From a virus (taxonomy: Duplodnaviria > Caudoviricetes): a DNA stretch of 41,284 nucleotides. Of the stretch, positions 15,826 to 23,822 are shown piece after piece. The DNA lies in IMG/VR virus record IMGVR_UViG_3300037722_000457, positions 1 to 41,284 of that record. One strand, given 5' to 3'. The position numbers were made by a program, and so were the translations under genes. The first letter of the stretch is position 1. Each line of letters opens with the position of its first letter. Below the pieces are notes generated by a model. It made no database searches. It had not been told where the DNA came from and saw only the letters and a list, made by a program, of their open reading frames with translations.

Positions 15826-17346
15826 TCACCCGTGAGAACCGAGGCCCTTCGTCGTTTCCCGGCCGGGTGGCGGGGTCCATCCGGGCCTCCACCAATACAG
15901 GTACGCCGGGCGAGGCGAGAATATCTTCATCAAGCCCTCGGCGTGTCGTTCTACCGGCGCTCCCATCCAAACGTCCCGGTCGCTAGCCCAGTCCGGTCGT
16001 GACGCCTTACCGCCGTATCGCACGAAATGCGCATTTACGAACGGGTACGCGTCGTATAGGAGCGCGTCTCGACCTTTCGGATTACGTTCGGCCAGGTCGG
16101 TCAGGAAACCCACGAGGTACCTCTCGGAACGTACCATCCACGGGTCGGCGTCGAATTCCTCGACAATCTGCTCCTTAATGCGAAAGCGCTTGTCTCGAGG
16201 TCCGCCAACGTCGTTGGCTAAGGTCATCCCCGCCTTCTCGAAGAACGGGTTTGTCTTGGCCATCTCGGCGAGCGTTTCGACGTACGGGTACGCGGTTTGG
16301 TCCAGGAACCGGCGCACCAACTCCTGTCCGAGACCGATAGACCGATACTTCGGGAGGACGACCACCCGCGAGATGATGATGATGTCCCGATTAACCAACT
16401 GCGGGTTTCGGACGTACGCCTTGTCGGTAAGGGCCGCCCGGTTGGCATTCTCGAACGGCGGAACGGTACCGACCACTACGCCAACGTCCCGATCTTCTAC
16501 CGGGTCGTACGCGAACAGGATTTCCCTCGGACCTCCGACCTTGTGGCCTCGGTAGTGGAAGAACGCCAGGTCGCTGTCGTAGTAGCGCTTGAGTCCACCG
16601 TCGTCCTTCGGATGCGCCCAAACGAACTCGATGCGGTCCCAGACGTCGAGCTTCGGCTTCAAGTCCGGGTACGTCACCCGGATGGTCGGCCCGAAGTTCT
16701 TGTGCACGAGCACGTCGGGAGCCAGCGCGTCGGTGAGGTCGCTGTGGGCCGTCGCTACGATGAGCGTTATGCCCCGGCGACGTGCCGCCTTCTGGAAGGT
16801 GTATGCCACGACCTGAGCCGTCTCGCGGTCGAGCGCACTCGTGAACTCGTCGCAGGTCCAAACGTCGGCGTCCATCGCCAATAGCATCGCCAGTCGGGCG
16901 CGAAACTTCTGCCCGTCGGAGAGGTTGTTGTACCTCCCGAGGAACAGGTATGCATCGCCGAGACCTACCTGAGCGAGGGTCGCCGTTGCGTGGTCGAGGT
17001 CTCGGAAACAAGCCTGCTCGACCAGCGGGATGTCCGGGTCGATAACGATGTCGTTCGCATCGACGACGGCTCTGGACTGGGCGAAGACGTCTCGCAATTC
17101 CCGAAACAAGACCGATTTACCGCCGCCGGACTCGCCCGTGATGTACACCACGTCGCCTTTTGCGAAGGTAAACGGCGTCTCATCGTATAACGTGTTAACC
17201 TGCTCTTGGTCTACGCCGACTCCGAAAGCGTCGGCGATAGCCGCCGTTCGGGCCGTTACATCGGGAACGATGCGAAACTCTTTTGAGACTGTAATCGTCC
17301 GAACCGGTTCGTTCGTGACTCGTTCGTCGATTTCGGTAACGTTCAT
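15826..17346 (-). CDS. ABC-type ATPase fused to a GNAT acetyltransferase (COG2401-like)
   Basis: GESGGGKS, LSDGQ, CDEFTSALD, ATAHSD; then FHYRGH and ISRVVVLPKYRSIGLG (acetyl-CoA motif). Confidence 0.9.
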   Translation of the reverse strand: MNVTEIDERVTNEPVRTITVSKEFRIVPDVTARTAAIADAFGVGVDQEQVNTLYDETPFTFAKGDVVYITGESGGGKSVLFRELRDVFAQSRAVVDANDIVIDPDIPLVEQACFRDLDHATATLAQVGLGDAYLFLGRYNNLSDGQKFRARLAMLLAMDADVWTCDEFTSALDRETAQVVAYTFQKAARRRGITLIVATAHSDLTDALAPDVLVHKNFGPTIRVTYPDLKPKLDVWDRIEFVWAHPKDDGGLKRYYDSDLAFFHYRGHKVGGPREILFAYDPVEDRDVGVVVGTVPPFENANRAALTDKAYVRNPQLVNRDIIIISRVVVLPKYRSIGLGQELVRRFLDQTAYPYVETLAEMAKTNPFFEKAGMTLANDVGGPRDKRFRIKEQIVEEFDADPWMVRSERYLVGFLTDLAERNPKGRDALLYDAYPFVNAHFVRYGGKASRPDWASDRDVWMGAPVERHAEGLMKIFSPRPAYLYWWRPGWTPPPGRETTKGLGSHG

Positions 17347-18161
17347 GTAACCGCTACACCACCCTTCCCTTGTGGCTCGCGCTTGCGTGCTCGGGAGTAC
17401 CCGCCGCAGCCGCCTCGCTTCTTCATGCATTGCATCGTCTGGAACACGCTGACCTTGGTGCGATGGAATCCGCGCTTGATTAGCGTATCACGAGCCCCGC
17501 ACTTCGGGCAAATCGTTGCGCCTTCTTCGCCCCACAGGGCCTGGTTAACGCCGCCGCCCTTACCCGGGTGGCCAATCCACGGGATCAGTTTCACGTACCA
17601 CTCCTCCAATGCGATGATATCGGTTCGGTTGTACGTCTCCATGGTTTTCCACGCTTCGGAGTTTCCGGCCATGCACCGTCGCCACAGCGAGAATCCTTCA
17701 TTTTCCATCTTCCTCGTAAGGTCGTGGAGGCGAGCGAGCTCCTTCAGGCTATTCGAGTAATTGGCGAGGTATCGCTGCGACTCCTTCTTAGTGTCGATGC
17801 TCGTATACGGCGATACCGGGTCCATCCCGTAGTAAATGAATCGTGCGTTGGTCTTCCGAATGTCGAAAGCGTCGCCGTTGTGGGCGATCACGACATCCGC
17901 TTCGTCGAGGACCTCGTGGAGGCGCTTAACCACGAATTTGTCGTTAGTGGTGTCCGACCGAAACCTCGGGTCCTGATAAATCGAAACGAAATGCGTTTCG
18001 TCCTCGCCGTACCACCGGTATGCGAAGCATAGGATATACCAATCCGCTTCGGTGGCGATCACGTTCGTGTTCCATTGGTTCCAGACCCAAACCAGGGCCG
18101 GCGCCGTTTCGATATCGAACAACAGGATGCGCGGGCCGTCGTTCTTCGCAGGCTGGGGCAT
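17343..18161 (-). CDS. DEDD/RNase H-like 3'-5' exonuclease with C-terminal Zn ribbon
   Basis: LFDIETAP, AHNGDAFD, YNRTD; CPKC...C...C. Confidence 0.85.
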   Translation of the reverse strand: MPQPAKNDGPRILLFDIETAPALVWVWNQWNTNVIATEADWYILCFAYRWYGEDETHFVSIYQDPRFRSDTTNDKFVVKRLHEVLDEADVVIAHNGDAFDIRKTNARFIYYGMDPVSPYTSIDTKKESQRYLANYSNSLKELARLHDLTRKMENEGFSLWRRCMAGNSEAWKTMETYNRTDIIALEEWYVKLIPWIGHPGKGGGVNQALWGEEGATICPKCGARDTLIKRGFHRTKVSVFQTMQCMKKRGGCGGYSRARKREPQGKGGVAVT

Positions 18162-18193
18162 GATCCTCCTCGGGTATGGTTCCCGTTGCCCTC

Positions 18194-18222
18194 TACATGG
18201 CGCGGGGACGTTCGCAGTTTAC
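18194..18222 (-). promoter_or_regulatory. class M motif GTAAACTGCGAACGTCCCCGCGCCATGTA
   Basis: Third of three copies. Confidence 0.8.
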
Positions 18223-18239
18223 ATCGGAGGTCCTACGTA

Positions 18240-18358
18240 TACCCTATGAATACCTTAGTTGCTAAGGAATTTAGGGTAGTCGCTCGTGTCGGTAGCACAC
18301 TACGCGAGCGGGTCCCGGGAGCGAACGCTTAGGCGCGGCATAGCGGTCGCCCCCGGGA
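18240..18358. other. three tandem imperfect hairpins (terminator, structured RNA or priming site)
   Basis: TACCCTA/TAGGGTA with inner CCTTAG/CTAAGG; CGCTCG/CGAGCG; TCCCGGG/CCCGGGA. Confidence 0.55.
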
Positions 18359-18360
18359 AA

Positions 18361-18753
18361 TCAGAACTTACCGCGCCCGAACCAGCGAACCGCAAGGTAT
18401 GCTATGGTGCGTCGCCATTGAACAACGCCGCGATCTGCCATGATAACGTAGAAGAGGTGGTCCGCCTCTTTTCGGGTAAACGTTCGATTACTAAGGTTAG
18501 CGGGTAAGTTCCCGCCGTAGTCGTAAATCAAGTCGTGCACTATCGGCGCTTCGACGCTAAGCTGATACGGTGCGGCGAACGTCGTCCAGGCTATCCTCGG
18601 GATAGTCGCCAAGTCGGTGCGGTATCCGTCAGGAACGGCCACAAAGAAATTTGCTTCGTCCTCGTACACCGTAAACGGCTGAACTACGGTCCACCTATCT
18701 GTCGCAGCGTCGTACGAAATAATCGGGTAAGGCGGCTCACTCCGAATCGTCAT
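18361..18753 (-). CDS. DUF1353-family protein
   Basis: VPDGYRTDLATIP, IVHDLIY, ADHLF, AVRWFG. Confidence 0.85.
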   Translation of the reverse strand: MTIRSEPPYPIISYDAATDRWTVVQPFTVYEDEANFFVAVPDGYRTDLATIPRIAWTTFAAPYQLSVEAPIVHDLIYDYGGNLPANLSNRTFTRKEADHLFYVIMADRGVVQWRRTIAYLAVRWFGRGKF

Positions 18754-19003
18754 CGAGTCGCTCCTCGATTAGCCCCTTTATTAGGTCCTGTTGCGCCCTT
18801 AGGAGGTCGATATTAGTCTTCTGAACCATCCGAAACACTTTGATAGCGGCACCAAATACGGCGAACCCAATCCCGCCAACTAGCAACCCCTCTAGGAGCC
18901 AGGTAACGAAATCGGGAGCGCCGTCTAATCCAGTCACAATAAACGCTGCGGCTCCCACGAACACCTCCCCAATGCGAGTTGCTGCTGTGTACGGGGACAC
19001 CAT
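18737..19003 (-). CDS. putative holin / membrane protein
   Basis: Two hydrophobic helices and a charged C-terminus; directly after the endolysin. Confidence 0.6.
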   Translation of the reverse strand: MVSPYTAATRIGEVFVGAAAFIVTGLDGAPDFVTWLLEGLLVGGIGFAVFGAAIKVFRMVQKTNIDLLRAQQDLIKGLIEERLDDDSE

Positions 19004-19007
19004 TCGA

Positions 19008-19844
19008 TTACCGATCCAGCAACTTCAGCCAAGTATTAGACCCAACAACTCCGTCCACGGTTAGCCCTTCGGCGCTTTGGAATCCCATAACGCCGGCGTC
19101 CGTGCTCGGCCCAAACAAGCCGTCGAATCGCAGTTTGTCCAGATCGAAGTTTACTCCTGGCGCCGTTGAGATGTGCCCGCGCTCGGCGAGCAGACCTTGA
19201 AGTTCGGCCACGGCGGAGTCTCGAACCGTCGCATATGGCAGAACGCGGCGAAGGACCGGGCGATCAATAGTAACTCGCACGGATTCGGGAAGCTCGGGAC
19301 CCGTAGGTTCGCCGGTTAGAATCCCGAAATCTTCGGGGTCGAGCGGGGTGCCCCAGACGGACCCATAAGTCGTGGTCGTCTTTGCGTTAGCCGCATCGCT
19401 TATCCGAATCTCGAAATGCGTATGCAGGTAGTTAGCGTTTCCTTCCATGCCCATGTACGCGATGACTTGGCCCTTCGTAACGCTCTGGCCCTTCGACACG
19501 AGGATGTCGGACAGCTTGAAGTGCATTTGGCGAGTCAAGTACACGATAGCGCCCGGGCCGTCGTGGAAGATTTCGATCAAGCCGCCCGCATCGGCGCTAC
19601 CCTGGCCGGCGAACCGAATCACGCCGTCCGCAGAAGCGACGACGGGGCACTTAGTAACCAAGGAAGCGAGGTCGGGGCCCTTATGGCCGACCGCATCGCC
19701 CGGCTTGGAGTAATTCGGGTTATACCCGGCCCGATACTTAGCATTGAACACGTCCCAGCCGTCACGAGGCCAGCCGGCGCGCAGTTTGTCGAGCGGAACG
19801 GGCGAAATAAACCCGTAGTTGTAGTCGATCTGTGGAATAGCCAC
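19008..19844 (-). CDS. endolysin: M23 peptidase plus peptidoglycan-binding domain
   Basis: HKGPD, HTHFEI; C-terminal DGLFGPST...FQ...DGVVG; GTG start at 19844. Confidence 0.9.
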   Translation of the reverse strand: MAIPQIDYNYGFISPVPLDKLRAGWPRDGWDVFNAKYRAGYNPNYSKPGDAVGHKGPDLASLVTKCPVVASADGVIRFAGQGSADAGGLIEIFHDGPGAIVYLTRQMHFKLSDILVSKGQSVTKGQVIAYMGMEGNANYLHTHFEIRISDAANAKTTTTYGSVWGTPLDPEDFGILTGEPTGPELPESVRVTIDRPVLRRVLPYATVRDSAVAELQGLLAERGHISTAPGVNFDLDKLRFDGLFGPSTDAGVMGFQSAEGLTVDGVVGSNTWLKLLDR

Positions 19845-19867
19845 TGGCTTTCTCTCCTTGTTCTCGT

Positions 19868-19878
19868 TGATTATAGTC
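19868..19878 (-). promoter_or_regulatory. class L motif GACTATAATCA (lysis genes)
   Basis: Exact copy. Confidence 0.85.
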
Positions 19879-19881
19879 CGA

Positions 19882-20157
19882 TTAGATAATACCCAGCTGA
19901 TACCGACCAATTTGCCCCTGCTGCCAAATTGGGAGTCGAGCCACCACTTCGGCGGGGTCCTCCTCGTAATTCAAGATTCGAGTTATGTCTCGAAGTTGCT
20001 GTAACGTTAGCCGTGAAGCTTGGCGAGTTTCCAATTGCACGCGTCGTAGAGAAGTAGCGCCTCGACGAAGGGTATTCGGACGCTGCGAGTCGATCAAGGT
20101 GTGGGCGCTCGTTCGAGACCTACGACGAGAAACGGGATGATATGCACGACGGCTCAT
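19882..20157 (-). CDS. Arg-rich hypothetical protein
   Basis: ATG overlaps the tail gene stop (ATGA) and the ORF fills the gap up to the class L motif. Confidence 0.55.
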   Translation of the reverse strand: MSRRAYHPVSRRRSRTSAHTLIDSQRPNTLRRGATSLRRVQLETRQASRLTLQQLRDITRILNYEEDPAEVVARLPIWQQGQIGRYQLGII

Positions 20158-23100
20158 GCCGGTACCAGTTCGTAAGTTTCTTCCCACCAATCCGGCTCAA
20201 TTCGGACGCTAACGTGTTCGATATGGAAGTCGCCCGAGATAGCCGACCCGCCGCCCGGCGGAGAAAAGTTGATCGTAATTCGTTCGCCGTATTGGTGATC
20301 TCGAATAACGGGCCAAAGCGTAGCCGGGTCGCGCTCTGGAACCACCGAAACGGAACTGACCCGTCGCGTCGGAACCTTGAAATCCGCCAGTACGGCTTCG
20401 GCCAACTCCGTAGCATCGTCTAAAGCCAGGTCGAGGTCGCCTAGGTCTAGAGCTCGCAACCCGTCGCTAGCGATCAATGCGACGTCTTCGGCCGCTACCA
20501 GTTCGCCGGTCTTAGCAACTCCAATCAGAACTCGGTTGTAGTGGTTGTCGTCGTCGGTGGAGATTCGCCCTCGACGCCCCACGCCCTCTCCAATAGTCCA
20601 CAAACTAACGGTTTCGTATGTCGAACGAGTAGTAAATCCGCGCCCTCGCAAGCGCCCCTCTTCGTCCATAAACACTGCGCCCCCCTCGCTGTCGGCCGCC
20701 TGTCGTAGTAGTTCCAAAATCGGAGTAGGCGGTAGGTTGATACCGTCGAATTCCGTAAGCGGGTCGAAATAAGCAGGGTCTATTGCGAGGTCGAACGATA
20801 GGCCCCCGAGGGCGACCAAACGAGCGATTCTCTGGGAGTAGTCCTCCTCCGGTAGGTCACCAATTGCGGCCGTATAATGCGCAGCAATCCTGCCCGCACC
20901 TAAGCGCTTGTCGTACAAGGCGACCTGAGAAAGGTGCCCGTCCCAGCCGTAACCGATACGAATGTTCATCTCGCCCGACGACGCTGCCGAGTTGAAATCG
21001 GACCAAGTAACTTTAAGTTTTCCGTCAACGTAAACCTTGACTTCCGAGCTCCCCGACGATGCAAATAGCGCAATAGTTGCTGCCGCCCACGCTTGGAACC
21101 CCGACGTAGTCATAGCGCCCGGATTCTCGGTTGAACTTGCGCCAGTCTTGTGATAAATAGCGTTGTAAAGGGTCGCGCCCTGGCGATACTTTACTAGCGA
21201 ATAGCCCGCCGGGGTCGTCCCGCCGGGTCCGCCGGTATCTCGACCGGCGCCGACGGCGACCCAATACGCCGGAGTTCCGGAAGCCGCTTTAGACGGCGGG
21301 TCGATGTTAGTTCCGCCGCTTCCCGTAGCGACTCCGGTTTCGACAGACGAAACGCCCGAATACGCCGCGCAAACGTAATTAGGCGCGTCGGACGCGGACG
21401 ACGTAACGATTATCGACGACGGTACAGACCCCGAGAACGTTTGATATGCGATTGCCGCTCCCCCAGGAGTCGAGTTAGCGTAATCTACGATTTCGGTCCA
21501 GCCGGCAGGCCATGAATACGAGCCGTTTGCCAGCGAAGAAATAGTAACGATTACAGTAGAACCCGCAGGCGCAGAAGGAAGGTTAATAGTATGCGAGGTA
21601 CCCGTCGAAGACGAACCTTCGGAATAAGCTTCAAAAGCGACGGTTCCGGATTCGTCGATACCGGTTGCAACAACATGATGCCAGCCGGCTCCTGGTGCGG
21701 CGTCTACGAGGTAGTAATCGGTCCCCGCGTCCCGAACCATCCTCATTGCGATCTCGTACGGAGCGGATGCGTGCTGCCCTCCGTTCTGCATAATCGCCAT
21801 GTCAGTATTTGAGCCGGTTGCGCCGAAGTGAATAGCTCGTAGTCGCGTAGCAGTATCGTCGTCGTCGGGGCGCATCCAAAGCTCGACGCTCCACGGGCCC
21901 GCCGTCGTAATGCCGGTACCGGTACCTAATTCGACGTAATTAGAGGGTGTGTTATCGTATTCGGTAGCTCGAAGCCCACGAGGCCCGAGTTGTCCGAGGG
22001 TCGGGAGCGGAGACCCCGAATAGGTCCCGTCATCGCCCGCTGATCCCGAGTCGGTGGCCGTCGTACCGGACGTTTCGTCCAGCTTCCACCAGCCGACTGG
22101 GCTATCGGCGGCGATTTCTGCTTCGACGCCGGAAACGAGGTGTCGAGCCATCGTTCGGAAAGCATCGGTACACGTCGCCAATACCGTCGACCGCTCGCCT
22201 GCTAGGCCGTAATCCGCCTCCCAACGATCTACGAACCCGGTCCAACGAGAGCGCGCTTGAGCGTCGTAGTGAACTCGTACCCTTATAGGTACTCCCGGAA
22301 CGACGTTCGACCCGTACGGTCCGCTAGTGTATCCCGGCTCTAGGGCACGATCTTGGTTGTCGAGTAAGAACTGCGCCTCTCCAGCTTCCAAAATATCCGT
22401 AAGTCGCATGCGGCCCTTCTGGAAATACCCGGAAAGCGCGCGGCCATCGACTCGCCGCCAGTCCCCAGAAATCCACACTCCGCCCGACCGCTCCCACACG
22501 TTCCCCTGCGCGTCCGCACCATCCGACGGACTCCACTCGGATGGTATCGGGTTCGCAACGAGCGTTCCCCCCGTCCCGGCAGCGAAGTCCCTTACGCCGT
22601 TCCACACCTGCACCTCGTAGCAGTCTATATTCGCTGCGCCGCCGCCGCCATCCGACTCGGCGGCGATAGCCAGCACCTCGCCGGTGGTCTTCATGGACGT
22701 TGCACCTCCCACCGTGTTCGTCGCTGCTAGCACCCAGGTCAGCCCCCCGTCGAAGGAGCGATACCAACGGATGCGGTGCGACCCGGTACCGGTGTCCACA
22801 TCAAGCGCCACAGCAACGGCAAAGGGCTGCCCCGCGACGAAACCGTGAGAGAAAATCGGAGACGACTTCCCGGTGCCGCTGGCGTCAACCCACTCGAGGA
22901 ACAGACTGGAGTAGCCGGAACCGGAGAACGACAGCATATACTCCCCGTCCGCCCCGCCCGCATACTTCCCGACCAGCCGAGCGAACCCGCTTGCCGAATA
23001 GACCCGACCGATGAATGCGATAGATACGTCGCCGCCAATCGCTAAATCGGCGGTGTGGGGTGTATATATCCGGTCCGTCGGTGCGGAAGCGAGCTGGAGT

Positions 23101-23822
23101 CCGGTCGCGTCGACCTTCGCGTCTCCGATGAACGACCATTCGTTTTCGAGGTCGTCCCAATACGGCGGGCCCGGGAATTCAGCGGAGTCGTGGAAGTGCG
23201 GGTTAGCGAGGAGCGAGAAGGTAACCGGCGACGCTGCCGTAAGCCACGCTTCGTGGAACACGTCTAACGTTCCGGCCGGGTCGGTATGGCCCAGGATGCC
23301 TACTCGCAAACGCGCGGCCCCGTTGTATACGGAAGTAGTGCCTGCCGTTGTGATCGTCTCGTAAAGGTACCAACGTCGACCGTCGTACGAATAATAAAAT
23401 TGACCAACTCGGTTCCCGGCGCCGTCGTTAACGGTTAAGCTTGCTCCAATACACCCGCGCTGAGTCCCGGAAAAGGGAGTCGGAATCGTAGATACCATAT
23501 CGACAAAAGTTACGCCGTCCGTAGACCACCGAAGAATAACCTCGCCGGAAGGCTTAAGCATAAGGGCCGCTTGGCGCTCATTTACGCCGTTATATTCGTA
23601 CTTAGAGATCAAGCACACATTTGCCGCGGGATTCCAAGTGGAGCTTCTAGGCGTCCAGTCTACCCCGACAAAGAAATCCCCGGTGAACCCGACCCCGGCA
23701 GCGGCAGTAGACCAGCCGACGTTTTCGGCCCACGAACCCGAAGCCCCGCGTTCGAGCGGGGGTGCTGCAAAGGTCTTGCCCCATGCGACCTCTAGAATCG
23801 GCGTTGCGCTTAGTTTACTCAC
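20154..23822 (-). CDS. large minor tail / receptor-binding protein with LamG (ConA-like) domains
   Basis: Follows tape measure; WWKLDETSG, WSVELWM, WHHVV, VYVDG, QVALY LamG-like motifs. Confidence 0.85.
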   Translation of the reverse strand: MSKLSATPILEVAWGKTFAAPPLERGASGSWAENVGWSTAAAGVGFTGDFFVGVDWTPRSSTWNPAANVCLISKYEYNGVNERQAALMLKPSGEVILRWSTDGVTFVDMVSTIPTPFSGTQRGCIGASLTVNDGAGNRVGQFYYSYDGRRWYLYETITTAGTTSVYNGAARLRVGILGHTDPAGTLDVFHEAWLTAASPVTFSLLANPHFHDSAEFPGPPYWDDLENEWSFIGDAKVDATGLQLASAPTDRIYTPHTADLAIGGDVSIAFIGRVYSASGFARLVGKYAGGADGEYMLSFSGSGYSSLFLEWVDASGTGKSSPIFSHGFVAGQPFAVAVALDVDTGTGSHRIRWYRSFDGGLTWVLAATNTVGGATSMKTTGEVLAIAAESDGGGGAANIDCYEVQVWNGVRDFAAGTGGTLVANPIPSEWSPSDGADAQGNVWERSGGVWISGDWRRVDGRALSGYFQKGRMRLTDILEAGEAQFLLDNQDRALEPGYTSGPYGSNVVPGVPIRVRVHYDAQARSRWTGFVDRWEADYGLAGERSTVLATCTDAFRTMARHLVSGVEAEIAADSPVGWWKLDETSGTTATDSGSAGDDGTYSGSPLPTLGQLGPRGLRATEYDNTPSNYVELGTGTGITTAGPWSVELWMRPDDDDTATRLRAIHFGATGSNTDMAIMQNGGQHASAPYEIAMRMVRDAGTDYYLVDAAPGAGWHHVVATGIDESGTVAFEAYSEGSSSTGTSHTINLPSAPAGSTVIVTISSLANGSYSWPAGWTEIVDYANSTPGGAAIAYQTFSGSVPSSIIVTSSASDAPNYVCAAYSGVSSVETGVATGSGGTNIDPPSKAASGTPAYWVAVGAGRDTGGPGGTTPAGYSLVKYRQGATLYNAIYHKTGASSTENPGAMTTSGFQAWAAATIALFASSGSSEVKVYVDGKLKVTWSDFNSAASSGEMNIRIGYGWDGHLSQVALYDKRLGAGRIAAHYTAAIGDLPEEDYSQRIARLVALGGLSFDLAIDPAYFDPLTEFDGINLPPTPILELLRQAADSEGGAVFMDEEGRLRGRGFTTRSTYETVSLWTIGEGVGRRGRISTDDDNHYNRVLIGVAKTGELVAAEDVALIASDGLRALDLGDLDLALDDATELAEAVLADFKVPTRRVSSVSVVPERDPATLWPVIRDHQYGERITINFSPPGGGSAISGDFHIEHVSVRIEPDWWEETYELVPA

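Noticed and set aside
20154-23822. Diversity-generating retroelement targeting the tail protein
   Set aside because: No reverse transcriptase and no adenine-variable TR/VR repeat pair were seen in the window.
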